A stretch of 64,000 bases of DNA from Leptolyngbyaceae cyanobacterium. GTDB lineage: Bacteria; Cyanobacteriota; Cyanobacteriia; Phormidesmidales; Phormidesmidaceae. The notes under the pieces are model-generated. The model did no database searches. It saw nothing but the letters and a program-made list of their open reading frames with translations, and was not told where the DNA came from. Below, piece by piece: positions 30,989 through 41,696 of this stretch. Location: the NCBI GenBank assembly GCA_050331235.1, contig JBHJHA010000011.1:1-64000 (forward strand), in the 5' to 3' direction. The first letter of the stretch is position 1. Every line of letters begins with the position of its first letter. Made by a program: the position numbers and the translations under genes.

Positions 30989-33900
30989 CTATTGCCCCGC
31001 AGGATGTTGCTCCAACACTCTGGCTAAGTACTTACCTGTATAGGATTTAGGGTTCTGGGCTACCTGCTCAGGAGTGCCCAGAGCCACAATTTTGCCCCCT
31101 CGATTGCCCCCCTCATGACCAAGGTCAACAATCCAATCGGCACAGCGAATCACATCCAAATTGTGCTCGATCATCAACACCGAATTTCCTTTATCTACCA
31201 AGCGCTGCACCACATCCAGCAGCTTATGCACATCATAAAAAGACAGCCCTGTAGTCGGCTCATCGATCAGATATAGGGTTTTGCCTGTGGCGCGCCGGGC
31301 CAGCTCAGAAGCCAGCTTCATGCGTTGGGCTTCTCCCCCAGACAAAGTTGGAGCCGTCTGACCCAAGCGGACATACCCAAGGCCTACATCAACCATGGTC
31401 TGTAATCGAGACGCCGCCTTTGGAATGTTTTGAAAGAAGTCTAGCGCTTCTTCAGCCGTCATTCCCAACACATCCGCAATCGTTTTGCCTTTGTACTTCA
31501 CCTGTAGAGTTTCCCGGTTATACCGGGCACCTTTACACACTTCACACTGCACATAGACATCCGGCAGAAAGTTCATTTCGATAACATTGACCCCCTGACC
31601 ACCACAGGCCTCACAGCGGCCCCCCTTGACGTTGAAAGAAAATTGCCCAGCTTTATATCCCCGTGCTTTTGCTTCAACAGTGGTGGCAAAGAGATCGCGA
31701 ATGACGTCAAACACACCCGTGTAAGTGGCGGGATTTGAGCGCGGCGTACGGCCGATGGGCGACTGATCAATCACGATCGCCTTGTCGAGAGCTTTGAGTC
31801 CAACAATCTTTTCCAGCTGATTAGGAAAAGGAATCTTGCTGCCAAAGTTGTGCATTAGCGCTTTGTGCAGCAAGTCATTGACCAATGTGGACTTACCGGA
31901 ACCAGAAACCCCGGTCACGCAGACCAACTTGCCCAGAGGAATTTCAACATCAATGCCCTTAAGATTATTACGGTGGGCGTTGATCAGCTTCAGCGATCGC
32001 TTGTTGCCCGGCCGCCGCTCAGGCGGAGTTGGGATTTTGCGGCGACCGGACAAATATGCTCCGGTCAGGGACTGCTCAGCCTCAAGTAGAGCTAGTAGTG
32101 AGCCCTCAGCTACGATACGGCCTCCGTGCACCCCGGCGCCCGGCCCGATATCGACTAGATGATCCGCCGCCCGAATGGTATCTTCATCATGCTCCACGAC
32201 AATCAACGTGTTGCCGATGTCTCGCAGATGATGCAAAGTTCTGAGCAAGCGATCATTATCCCGTTGGTGCAGGCCAATGCTGGGCTCATCTAGCACATAA
32301 AGCACTCCAGTGAGACCAGAGCCAATCTGGGTAGCCAGCCGAATGCGCTGGGCTTCCCCACCAGAAAGGGTCATCGCCGTCCGATGTAGGGTCAAGTAAT
32401 CTAGTCCCACATCCAGCATAAACTGCAAGCGAGCGCGAATTTCCTTCAGAACAAGATCACCAATTTGCCGCTGCCGATCTGACAGTAATGGTGGCTGGTC
32501 GGCGTCTCCCACTAAAGTAATGATCCGTTCCAAGCATTCGCGAATGGACACATCTGTCAAATCGTTGATGGTGTAAGGCCCCATACGCACCGAAAGGGAT
32601 TCGGGCTTGAGCCGCGCCCCTTGGCAAACTTCACAGGGTTGATCAATGAGATATTTCTCAAGCTTCTGTTTATAGCTCTCAGAAGACGCTTCGCGGTATT
32701 GCCGTTCTAAAATGGGCAATACCCCTTCATAGGCACGGTGATAGCCTTTTTTATCCCGATAGCGAGAATCCGTCTCGATGTAAATCTTTTCTTTAGAACC
32801 GTGCAAAATGATGTGCTGCTGTTCCGGCGTCAGGGTTTCCCACCGATCCTGAATCTCAAACCCAAAGGCCTGACCGACGCTATATAGCAGTGAGAAATAG
32901 TAAGTATTATCTTTTTCTGACCAGGGGGCGATCGCTGCATACACTGGCAGCGTCGGATCCGGCACCACTAAATCTGCCGTAAAGGCCCGCAAACTACCTA
33001 GCCCATGGCAGTGGGGACAAGCGCCATAGGGAGAGTTGAACGAGAACAGGCGCGGCGACAGTTCCTCAATCACGGCACCGTGCTCGGGGCAGGCAAAGTT
33101 TTCTGAAAACACCAGCTCACTGGGCAGAACCGGACTTGATTGGGTAGCGTAATTTCCACCCTTTTCAGCGGCTCTCGGCAGAGAATCGGACAACGCCTTG
33201 GGATTAAGCGGTACCACCTTATTGGTGGTCTCGGTAGTACGCTCCGGTAGCACATCAATCACAGCAATGCCGTCTGAACGCTTGAGACAGGTCGTTAATG
33301 AATCTGCCAGTCGCTCTTGCAAACCGTCTTTTTTGACTAAGCGGTCAACCACCACCTCGATGGTGTGGACATGGTTTTTGTTGAGCTCGATATTGTCATT
33401 GAGGTCACGAATTTCGCCATCAATGCGCACACGAACAAAACCTTCGGCAGCCAACGCCGACAGCAGCTTTTGATGGGTCCCTTTTTTACCCCGGACAACC
33501 GGCGCCAAGATCTGGAAGCGGGTGCGATCAGGCAGTTCCATGACGCGATCCAGCATTTGATCAAGGGTCTGGGGCGAGATTGAGCGATCGCAGTGCGGAC
33601 AGTGGGGTTCACCCGCCCGCCCAAACAGCAATCGTAGATAGTCGTAGATCTCAGTAACGGTGCCAACCGTCGAGCGAGGGTTATGCGAAGTCGATTTTTG
33701 ATCGATCGAAATGGCCGGGCTGAGTCCCTCAATGGCATCCACATCAGGCTTATCTACCTGGCCCAAAAATTGCCGGGCATAAGCGCTTAGGGATTCTACA
33801 TAGCGCCGCTGTCCCTCGGCAAAGATAGTATCAAAAGCTAGGGAGGACTTCCCTGAGCCGGAGACGCCGGTGAAGACGATGAGCTGGTTGCGGGGCAGCT

Positions 33901-34051
33901 CTAAATCAACATTCTTCAGATTGTGCTGTCGTGCGCCGCGCACCCGAATGATGTCATCATCCTCAGCAGCGGCAGCATTAGGATGATGACCGTTATGACC
34001 GTTTAAGTCAGTGTCTAGGTCAGCTTCAGTAGCGGAATGAGACCGGGGCAT
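30989..34051 (-). CDS. uvrA: Excinuclease ABC subunit A
   Basis: GARQHNLKN, two Walker A motifs GVSGSGKS, two LSGGEAQR signatures and Zn-finger CxxC pairs. Confidence 0.98.
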   Translation of the reverse strand: MPRSHSATEADLDTDLNGHNGHHPNAAAAEDDDIIRVRGARQHNLKNVDLELPRNQLIVFTGVSGSGKSSLAFDTIFAEGQRRYVESLSAYARQFLGQVDKPDVDAIEGLSPAISIDQKSTSHNPRSTVGTVTEIYDYLRLLFGRAGEPHCPHCDRSISPQTLDQMLDRVMELPDRTRFQILAPVVRGKKGTHQKLLSALAAEGFVRVRIDGEIRDLNDNIELNKNHVHTIEVVVDRLVKKDGLQERLADSLTTCLKRSDGIAVIDVLPERTTETTNKVVPLNPKALSDSLPRAAEKGGNYATQSSPVLPSELVFSENFACPEHGAVIEELSPRLFSFNSPYGACPHCHGLGSLRAFTADLVVPDPTLPVYAAIAPWSEKDNTYYFSLLYSVGQAFGFEIQDRWETLTPEQQHIILHGSKEKIYIETDSRYRDKKGYHRAYEGVLPILERQYREASSESYKQKLEKYLIDQPCEVCQGARLKPESLSVRMGPYTINDLTDVSIRECLERIITLVGDADQPPLLSDRQRQIGDLVLKEIRARLQFMLDVGLDYLTLHRTAMTLSGGEAQRIRLATQIGSGLTGVLYVLDEPSIGLHQRDNDRLLRTLHHLRDIGNTLIVVEHDEDTIRAADHLVDIGPGAGVHGGRIVAEGSLLALLEAEQSLTGAYLSGRRKIPTPPERRPGNKRSLKLINAHRNNLKGIDVEIPLGKLVCVTGVSGSGKSTLVNDLLHKALMHNFGSKIPFPNQLEKIVGLKALDKAIVIDQSPIGRTPRSNPATYTGVFDVIRDLFATTVEAKARGYKAGQFSFNVKGGRCEACGGQGVNVIEMNFLPDVYVQCEVCKGARYNRETLQVKYKGKTIADVLGMTAEEALDFFQNIPKAASRLQTMVDVGLGYVRLGQTAPTLSGGEAQRMKLASELARRATGKTLYLIDEPTTGLSFYDVHKLLDVVQRLVDKGNSVLMIEHNLDVIRCADWIVDLGHEGGNRGGKIVALGTPEQVAQNPKSYTGKYLARVLEQHPAGQ

Positions 34052-34145
34052 AGTGCAAAATCCAGCACGTCAAGAACTGCTTGCGAAACAGTTCTTCACA
34101 CTATAACCTGTGGCCTCAAGTCCTGTGGGCAGGTTGTGCCGATAT

Positions 34146-35960
34146 CTATCCGCAAGATTGAGACAAGGCAGGAGAAAAGGTCTGACTCAATGATAAGGTC
34201 CGACCGAGTAGCCGCTGGTAGGCAGTTTGGGCTGGCTCAAATTGAGGTTGTAGTTCAGTCGCCCGCTGATAGGAAGTAATGGCGTCCCGATACCGTGAGA
34301 GTGCTTCCAACATGCGTCCGTGCTGATACCAGGCCCAATGGTTTTGCGGTTGCAGTCGGGTCACATTGCTATAGGCTTTGGCTGCTCGTTTGGGATGGTC
34401 GAGCTCCTCTAACACGGTACCGAGACGAAACCAAGCCACATGGTCATTGGGCTGAAAGCGAATCACTGTGTTGTAGGCGATCGCCGCCGCGGCCAACTGC
34501 TGCTGGTTTTCGAGCGCCATGCCACGCATTAACCACATGGTGGCGTCCTGAGGATTTTCCCTAAGAGCCTGATCGCAGGCGGCGATCGCATCATCATAAT
34601 GCTGCAAGGTGTACAGCTGATCGACCCGCTTTAGCGCGACGAGCAAACGTTTGCGATTATTGAGCGCCAGTTGAAAATCTGGTTTGAGCTCAATGGCACG
34701 ATCATAGGCGGCCAGAGCCTCGTCAACGCGGTCGAGGTGCTCCAACACCTGACCGCGATCCGCCCAGGCCCAATAATTTTTGGGCTGTAGCTTCAACACT
34801 TCCTCAAAGGCTGTAAGTGCTTCTGCATGTTGCCCTAGCTGCTCTTGCATTTTGCCCAGCTTAAGCCAGGCTAGATAATCTTCTGGCTGGCGCTGAGTCA
34901 CCGTTCGATAAGCAGCAATCGCCAACCGATATTGTGCTGTGTGTTCTAAAGCCAAGCCCAGCTTAAACCAAGCGGTTACAGCATTGGGCTGTACCTTGAC
35001 CACCTTCTCGTAGGCCCGGGCTGCCTCGTGAAACCGGTTTTGCTCAAACAGCTCATCGGCCCTTTCGAGCCAAGCAATATGGGCCTCCAGCGCCTGCGAA
35101 CTCATCTCAATCGGAGAAATCACCGCTGGCTGGGTAAAGGCGATCGCTTGATTCAGTGCCCGCAATGCCTCACTCGCATTCGCGTATCTTTGCCGATAGT
35201 CATAGCGCACCATCTTATCGAGTACGTCAGCCAGCTCAGGGCGTACAGCAACAAGCTCTCGCCACATCAGCTCACTCGTTCGGGGATCTTTAGGAATCCG
35301 TTTTGGATCGAGGCCTGTAAGTGCTTGCAAAGCCAAAATGCCCACCGCATAAATGTCGCTACTCAAACAAGGATGGCCCGCCAGTTGTTCATTGGGCATG
35401 TATCCTAACGAGCCAATGGCAACCGTCATACTGTGCGGTTCGTGGACTCCGACGACCTGACCACTAATTTGCTTTACCGCACCAAAGTCAATCAGCTCAA
35501 TTTTGCGATCGCGACGACGACGAATTAAATTAGACGGCTTAATGTCACGGTGAATGACTTGGTGCTCATGGACCACACAGAGCGTGGTCAAGATGTCTTG
35601 GACAATTTCAACCGTTTGCGATTCGGAAAGTTGAGTGCTGCCGTTGATTTCCTCAGTGAGTAACGAACCGGCCACGAACTCCTGCGCCAGATAAAAATGC
35701 CCGTTCTCTTCAAAATGCGCCAACAGACGGGGAATCTGATCATGATTGCCCAATACGTAGAGAGCCTCGGCTTCGCTATTAAACAGCCGTCGAGCCGAGT
35801 CCAGCGAGATCCCGTCCCGACTGCGCAGCTGCAGACGCTTGACAACACAGCAAGGGTTACCGGGCAAATGTAGGTCGCTGGCCAAAAAAGTCTGGCCAAA
35901 ACCACCAGCACCCAGATGCTGAATAATGCTGTATCGGTTGCCTAAGATTTGAAGGGACAT
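34146..35960 (-). CDS. Ser/Thr protein kinase with C-terminal TPR repeats
   Basis: GAGGFG, VVK, HRDIKPSN and DFG, then about eight TPR units (AW...G..L...A...Y). Confidence 0.93.
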   Translation of the reverse strand: MSLQILGNRYSIIQHLGAGGFGQTFLASDLHLPGNPCCVVKRLQLRSRDGISLDSARRLFNSEAEALYVLGNHDQIPRLLAHFEENGHFYLAQEFVAGSLLTEEINGSTQLSESQTVEIVQDILTTLCVVHEHQVIHRDIKPSNLIRRRRDRKIELIDFGAVKQISGQVVGVHEPHSMTVAIGSLGYMPNEQLAGHPCLSSDIYAVGILALQALTGLDPKRIPKDPRTSELMWRELVAVRPELADVLDKMVRYDYRQRYANASEALRALNQAIAFTQPAVISPIEMSSQALEAHIAWLERADELFEQNRFHEAARAYEKVVKVQPNAVTAWFKLGLALEHTAQYRLAIAAYRTVTQRQPEDYLAWLKLGKMQEQLGQHAEALTAFEEVLKLQPKNYWAWADRGQVLEHLDRVDEALAAYDRAIELKPDFQLALNNRKRLLVALKRVDQLYTLQHYDDAIAACDQALRENPQDATMWLMRGMALENQQQLAAAAIAYNTVIRFQPNDHVAWFRLGTVLEELDHPKRAAKAYSNVTRLQPQNHWAWYQHGRMLEALSRYRDAITSYQRATELQPQFEPAQTAYQRLLGRTLSLSQTFSPALSQSCG

Positions 35961-36567
35961 GCGGTCGCACCCATAACGCCATTGGCGTAGCCTGTTTCGG
36001 TCTGTGTTCGTCAAAAAAAGCTCAACAATACCAGCTGCTCTATGAAAACAAAATCTGCCTATGCTCTAACAGGTTTTCACCGGCAATGAACAGAGTGATT
36101 TTGCTGAACTCTTGCTTTACTATCCCTGTAAGCCACGCCTGATAATACTTGTAGAAGTACACATCAGTTCCGTCACGAATGGTCTCTAGAACCGAGAGCT
36201 ATCCATAGTGTCACCACGAAATTTCAAAAGCGATCTAATTCTTGCCAGCACTTTGCAAAATTTTCATCTGGTGAAGCTATCTCGCGAAGTTAATGTCCGC
36301 AAATCTATCTTTGAGAGTTGTCAGGGCAGTTTTTCCAGAGTTAATGCGGCCCGCAGCCAAGGTTGCCTAAATTAAACATCTGGTCAACGTCCTGGTTGTT
36401 AGCGACTGACCGATCAAGGCGATGTCCATCCCCCTCATTCATCACTCGCTGTCTGCGTCAGTTTTCACAGCATATACAGACCCCGGATAGCGCTCAACGG
36501 TTCCCTCAGATGGGCACGCTAGGGAGGAGGCGATCGCCTTCAAAACCCCTAAATCAGGAAATCAGTC

Positions 36568-37206
36568 ATGCTGTTCGATCGCATTTTGGAAGATAGTCTT
36601 GGGTTCATTCGCCGTAAACTGTGGTCGGCAAAAACTTCAGAATCCTCCGCCCAACATCCTTTCCATCCCAGCAAGTCAGTGGATGGCGATTTCGGCATTA
36701 TCCATCTACTTGAGCCTCGAGACACGCCCCGTGCTGTACGAACTTGGATTTTCACACCTAAGCGCAAAGATCTCAATTCAACCAACATGGTGGCAACATC
36801 CACACCGATGGACTTACACATCTACACCGACTTTTTAGGTCCCTTGCCCAGCAACACCACGCCCTCCGCATTGGAGCAACATCAACTAGCAGAAAATCAG
36901 CGGCAGCAAGGTATTTCCATCCCCACCCACCGTATCCAAATCCTAAAAGCCAGTCACTTTCTCAATGCGGATGGCTTCTACACGCTAGAGGTGTTGCACT
37001 GGCAAGATATTGACTGCTATCCCCCTCAAGGTAGTCAGCTCTCTGGCAGCGCCTCAGATATTATTGCTACACACTTTACCGATGGCCTCGCCTTTGAGTG
37101 TTTGAAGATTCCGAAGCCCTTGCAAGCAAAGCCGGATGAGTGGGGTCAGGTCATAGAGGAAATTCTGGGGGAAACCAAGGCCAAATTTCTGCCCAAATCG
37201 TTATAA
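36568..37206 (+). CDS. Hypothetical protein
   Basis: 212-aa ORF with ATG and an AGGA SD; fills the gap before tRNA-Val. No motif recognised. Confidence 0.7.
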   Translation: MLFDRILEDSLGFIRRKLWSAKTSESSAQHPFHPSKSVDGDFGIIHLLEPRDTPRAVRTWIFTPKRKDLNSTNMVATSTPMDLHIYTDFLGPLPSNTTPSALEQHQLAENQRQQGISIPTHRIQILKASHFLNADGFYTLEVLHWQDIDCYPPQGSQLSGSASDIIATHFTDGLAFECLKIPKPLQAKPDEWGQVIEEILGETKAKFLPKSL

Positions 37207-37281
37207 ATGAGCTGAAGGTGAGGAATCTTTGCATCCGCTTTCAAGCGTCCACCTGGGATATCAGCAAACATATCGAGTTAA

Positions 37282-37353
37282 TGGGCGATACTGGGTTCGA
37301 ACCAGTGACCTCTTCCGTGTGAAGGAAGCGCGCTACCACTGTGCTAATCGCCC
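37282..37353 (-). tRNA. tRNA-Val(CAC)
   Basis: Reverse complement reads GGGCGATTAGCACAGTGGTAGCGCGCTTCCTT-CAC-ACGGAAGAGGTCACTGGTTCGAACCCAGTATCGCCCA. Confidence 0.95.
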
Positions 37354-37466
37354 TTGGGCTCTTGAGAATAACACGTTGAGCAGAGTTATGAAACCTCACT
37401 TTTCAGATTAAGGCACAGTCAAGGAGCCGCCAACGGTGAGACGTCGAATCACAGCCCGTCAGCATC

Positions 37467-37943
37467 TCACCCAATGTTGGCATTGACGTCGGTCATGCTT
37501 TGAGACTCTTGTAGATGAGTTTGGATCATCGCTTGAAACTCGGTCTTCTGTATCTCAGTTCCCTGCTTAAGATTGCCCGGCACGTCAAAAAAGATGATGC
37601 TGTCTAGGCCCTTGAGTGCCAGCATTTGAAACAAAATATGCGTTACTGGTGTGGGAATTGCCATAATCTGGGGGTTTTTTGCCATCCCTGGATCTGACGC
37701 CGCATCTTTAAGTGTGGGAAACCCATACAAAACGTTTTTGCGATTGTTGGGATCTCGCCGGTTGCTGAGAGTCGTCATGACCCAGCTTTTACTGAGGGTC
37801 TGCAAAATGTAGTATTGGCGATGTTTTAGACGATTGGCGATCGCTAGCAACACTGGCGAAATGGCTTCCACCGTTGGCCCAGTTACTCCATCATCGGGCG
37901 CATCTTGGATCAAACTTTGAATTTGTTGCTGTAGGTCGTCCAT
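37467..37943 (-). CDS. Conserved cyanobacterial hypothetical protein, divergent from hetZ
   Basis: 158-aa ORF (QIQSLIQDAPDDG, LKHxQYYILQ, PVTHILFQ) of a type I recognise next to hetZ. Confidence 0.8.
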   Translation of the reverse strand: MDDLQQQIQSLIQDAPDDGVTGPTVEAISPVLLAIANRLKHRQYYILQTLSKSWVMTTLSNRRDPNNRKNVLYGFPTLKDAASDPGMAKNPQIMAIPTPVTHILFQMLALKGLDSIIFFDVPGNLKQGTEIQKTEFQAMIQTHLQESQSMTDVNANIG

Positions 37944-38219
37944 AGGTTAGGAGTGCATCTGTTAAAGAACTAATTGCGCATCACCTCATCCACGACCAAG
38001 TTAGCCCGAGTAGCCAGCACCAAATCGATGAACCGCAATGCCAGTCTATGCTAGTACACTCTCAGGGGCCTAGGCGCAGAGTGTTCGCCACGATATCACC
38101 CAAATCGTTTATCAATCCAGAGGTCATCTTTCGTAGTTAGTGCCTGAGAGTTGCACGATCAAAAGTTTCCTGTGTTAGTGTTTGAAGGATCATCTGCATC
38201 GGGGTAGTTCTTCCGACGC

Positions 38220-39329
38220 GTGGAAGCACTTTCAAACAAACTTTACCAAGAACTAAAGCAAACAGTTCGCGCTTCTGATAGGGATTGCTGGGCTACCACC
38301 CAACGCCTGAGCGACGAAGTGGAGCGGATTTGTGAGCAGAGTCAGCGCATTCAAGAGTCTGGAGAGGTTGATACTTGGGCTCACAATCTCGGTATGCATC
38401 GGCTCAATCAATGCTTAAAATACTACCGCCTGGGCTCTTTTAAAGGCCGAGTAGAACTACATAGTACACTGAGTGCCATCGTATACCGATACATCTCGCC
38501 CCCTCATACGCAAGCCACCTACCAAGCTCGGCTCAACTTAATAGAAGATTTCCTCCAAAATTTTTATCTAGAAGCCCTTAATGCCTTTCGCCGGGAAAAC
38601 AATACTGCGATTGACTACCAGCCTCGGACCTTGCTACAGCTTGCTGAGTACATGGCCTTTACTGAGCGCTACGGCAAACGTCGCATTCCGCTACCCGGTC
38701 GTCGGAGTCAGCAGTTGATCATTCTTCGGGCTCAAACCTTTGCGAAACAGCAGCCGCCTGAGGCCACCGTTGATATTGATAAAGCTACTGACGGGGGAGG
38801 GGGTGACGCCGATGAAACCAGAGAAGCGTTGCCAACTAAGCGGTTGCGCGATGCCTTGGTTGCCCAACAAGAGGATTTACCGGAAGAAGTCCTGCGTAAC
38901 CGGGTAATTGAGGCATTACTCAATTATCTCAAAGAGCGGAATCAAGAAGACTGTGCAGATTACTTCACCCTACGCTTACTTGATCTCCCTACCCCCGAGA
39001 TCGAAGCCATTTTGAACCTAACGCCACGGCAAAGAGACTATTTACAACAACGGTTTAAGTATCATTTAGTACGATTTTCCCTATCTCACCATTGGGATAT
39101 TGTGCATGAGTGGCTAGAAGCAGACTTAGAGCGGAATTTGGGGTTAGCACCTCAACAGTGGCATGAGTTGCTGTCAGGAATCGACGCAACCCAGGCTAAG
39201 CTCTTGCAATTCAAGCAAGATGGCCTGGATGATGTGTCTATTGCGAAAAGATTGGGGATTACATCTACTCAATTACAAAAGCAATGGACTAAGTTGCTGG
39301 AGCAGGCTTGGGAAATTCGCAACCTTTAG
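38220..39329 (+). CDS. hetZ: HetZ-family protein
   Basis: HetZ-like blocks GRVELHSTLSAIVYRY, LEALNAFRRE, AEYMAFTERYGKRRIPLPG and LTPRQRDYLQQRFKYH, plus a C-terminal HTH-like region. Confidence 0.88.
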   Translation: MEALSNKLYQELKQTVRASDRDCWATTQRLSDEVERICEQSQRIQESGEVDTWAHNLGMHRLNQCLKYYRLGSFKGRVELHSTLSAIVYRYISPPHTQATYQARLNLIEDFLQNFYLEALNAFRRENNTAIDYQPRTLLQLAEYMAFTERYGKRRIPLPGRRSQQLIILRAQTFAKQQPPEATVDIDKATDGGGGDADETREALPTKRLRDALVAQQEDLPEEVLRNRVIEALLNYLKERNQEDCADYFTLRLLDLPTPEIEAILNLTPRQRDYLQQRFKYHLVRFSLSHHWDIVHEWLEADLERNLGLAPQQWHELLSGIDATQAKLLQFKQDGLDDVSIAKRLGITSTQLQKQWTKLLEQAWEIRNL

Positions 39330-39379
39330 ATTTAATTTTGCACGGTGATTTGAATTGTCCGGAAGGGGTTCTACAAGCT

Positions 39380-40402
39380 ATGAAGAGTGACGCAGATACG
39401 ATTCGGAGTTTTCTACTTGGGCTCTTAGAGCACTTTGGCCGGATAGATTCTTCGCCATCAGGGAAGGTTGACGATTTACCCGGAAATTTACCGCCAGTAG
39501 ATCCTGCTTCCGCGATCGCCCCATCTCCTCGCAGCTCGACTCCGGGTTCATCCAACCCAGTCACGCGCGGGGCATCGTCAGCCTTTATATCTGTTGAAAT
39601 GCCCCCCATCTCAGAACTTGGAGAGTTACCTTCTGTGCAAGACCATTTTCAGACTGTGCTTAAACGCCGTCTCCAGAGTGAAATCAGCCAAAAGCCCCCG
39701 CTATTTCCTTGGGAGACCAGCACGACCGATTATCCTGTAGAGCTTTCTGCCCAAGAGGCTCTGCCTTGGATGGCGCAGCTGCGATCGCTCGCGCTGCCAA
39801 CGACCTTACCTGACGATATTTTGGCCGGACTGCTTGACCGCTGTCAGGCATTGCTAGTGGAGTCGCTACAGCCCGGTGTGCAACTAGTCCAAGCAGTCGA
39901 AAGTTTGTTTCCCCATCAGCCCCAAGCGATGGATCAGATCGCAGGCTTGGTCTTGGCCAATACCACCGTTCGCGGCACTGGCCGCACCAATGCTGAAGCA
40001 CTCAAGGCCGCTTTTCCCGACGGCTACGAGGGCGCTAACCCGCAGCAGCAAGTTACCTTGACGATGCTAGCGGCCCAGGATATTTTTAACACCCTAACCC
40101 TAGCGCTAACGTCGGAGGTTCCCCTACAACGGCGGCAATGGTTGACTGCCGAGGGAACTATTACAGTCTCAGCTCACTTCCAAGCCGGCACGCCTGCCCA
40201 GGTTAGTCTGATGGCGCAGGTACCTCAGGCCAGCCAAATGGTCTTGCCCAGCTTGGGAAAATCGGTCACTCAGACCCAAGCTGGAACACTCAGCCTGACG
40301 CTACCGGCTCCAGTCAAGGGCCAAGTCTATCCCCTACAAATTTTTTATGACGGGGTGAATGCTGAGCCTTTAACCTTTGCCATATCCACTGTGGCGGACT
40401 AG
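39380..40402 (+). CDS. patU: PatU-family protein (PatU5 and PatU3 regions in one ORF)
   Basis: VQDHFQTVLKRRLQ...PPLFPWE resembles the PatU3 N-terminus; lies directly downstream of hetZ. Start placed at ATG 39380. Confidence 0.82.
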   Translation: MKSDADTIRSFLLGLLEHFGRIDSSPSGKVDDLPGNLPPVDPASAIAPSPRSSTPGSSNPVTRGASSAFISVEMPPISELGELPSVQDHFQTVLKRRLQSEISQKPPLFPWETSTTDYPVELSAQEALPWMAQLRSLALPTTLPDDILAGLLDRCQALLVESLQPGVQLVQAVESLFPHQPQAMDQIAGLVLANTTVRGTGRTNAEALKAAFPDGYEGANPQQQVTLTMLAAQDIFNTLTLALTSEVPLQRRQWLTAEGTITVSAHFQAGTPAQVSLMAQVPQASQMVLPSLGKSVTQTQAGTLSLTLPAPVKGQVYPLQIFYDGVNAEPLTFAISTVAD

Positions 40403-40430
40403 ATCACACCGCTTCATTCAACCCTATGGT

Positions 40431-40478
40431 CTGACAGCCGACTTATCGAGAAGGTGAGTCGGCTGTCAGTCTTTTCTT
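40431..40478 (+). terminator. Intrinsic terminator after patU
   Basis: 13-bp stem CTGACAGCCGACT/AGTCGGCTGTCAG followed by TCTTTTCTT. Confidence 0.85.
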
Positions 40479-40733
40479 AATCGCACTGCCCCACGGCTGC
40501 TGTGTCATCTTGGCAGGTGGCGATCACTCAAGGTCAGTAGTGTCCAGACCCAAATACACCCGAAAGAATTGCAACATTCCAATCACTAAGCGGTACCCTT
40601 GACGCAGATTGGGCTCTATCTAAACCGGGCACCATCCACCTGATGCGGTTTCCGTCCCATTAACAGTGATGGATATTGCTCTAATCGATCCGTCCGTATT
40701 GGTCATCTTGGCAGCGTTACGCTTGGCAGCATT

Positions 40734-41207
40734 ATGAAAGCATTTTTACTTGGTATTACCAAACTCATTTTGGGCACGTCGCTCGCCTTGGTATTGCTGT
40801 CACTGGCGGGCGTAGCCACTGCTCGCTATTTTATGGCTAAGCTGTCGGTGCTACCACCCAAGCCAGTATTTGAAAATGATGTGGTCTTACAAGCGGCAGA
40901 CGCGCCTCCCCCGGAGGTTCCTCAGGAGACAGCGCCCACAGCAGCGGTTCCTCCTCCCATCGCTGAAAACCCGCCCGGTAGCTACGAGGCGATTGTGACT
41001 CAGCCGATTGGGTTAGTGATGCGATCAGGGCCGGGTGCAGAGCATCAGCAATTGGGTGGGGTAGACTACAACGACGAGGTCTTAGTGTTAGAAGCCGATG
41101 GCTCGGGGAGTTGGATAAAAGTGCGAGTCAGTAATACTGGACAAGAGGGATGGATCAAAGCAGGCAATACCCGCAGCCTCGATGAACCCGCAGCCACTCC
41201 CCAATAG
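40734..41207 (+). CDS. Membrane-anchored SH3b-domain protein
   Basis: N-terminal TM, PPKPVF linker and an SH3_3 pattern GLVMRSGPG...W.KVR...EGWIK. Confidence 0.85.
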   Translation: MKAFLLGITKLILGTSLALVLLSLAGVATARYFMAKLSVLPPKPVFENDVVLQAADAPPPEVPQETAPTAAVPPPIAENPPGSYEAIVTQPIGLVMRSGPGAEHQQLGGVDYNDEVLVLEADGSGSWIKVRVSNTGQEGWIKAGNTRSLDEPAATPQ

Positions 41208-41322
41208 AAAAGCTGACGATAAGCCGACGATCAATATCACAGCGGCGATCGAGTCAAGTCGTTTGCAATCATCCAGCAATTGGGTGGCAGGAATGGAGAC
41301 CCGGATAAGACGTTTTCAACGC

Positions 41323-41682
41323 TTACTTCCAACCGGCTTGCGCCTGCTGCCAAACATAGGTCGCTAATTGCTCGATTTCTTTTGCCGTCAAGCGATCGCC
41401 ATAGGCAGACATCGCGCCTTTACCGTAGGTGATCAGCTCAGCAATATCGTCTATTGAAGTTAAACCGTTACGTTTGAGAGCGCGTTGTTTTAGCGTTTTA
41501 CCACGCCGAACAATATTGCCTCCGTGGGCATGACACCCAGCGCAGTGAATTTGAAATAGATGATTTGCGCTTACCGGGTCTGTTCTCCTTGGCTGGCTGG
41601 CCTCAGCGGCAGAGACCCATAAGGTCCAGATCATTAAGAAGGTGAATAGCACCTTCAATACCGGCCAATGCAAAGCTGTCAT
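41323..41682 (-). CDS. Cytochrome c6-family protein (c6B/c6C-like)
   Basis: Signal peptide, heme motif CAGCH, GGNI...KTLK and axial Met in GKGAMSAY. Confidence 0.9.
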   Translation of the reverse strand: MTALHWPVLKVLFTFLMIWTLWVSAAEASQPRRTDPVSANHLFQIHCAGCHAHGGNIVRRGKTLKQRALKRNGLTSIDDIAELITYGKGAMSAYGDRLTAKEIEQLATYVWQQAQAGWK

Positions 41683-41696
41683 ATCTTTTGGAGCTC

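Noticed and set aside
38066..38076. GGGCCTAGGCG upstream of hetZ as a HetR site
   Set aside because: It does not satisfy GGG-N5-CCC; the similarity is too weak.
39358..39363. TCCGGA (DIF1-like motif) before patU
   Set aside because: It is a hexamer only about 17 nt from the ATG, too close to act as a -35 element, and is expected by chance.
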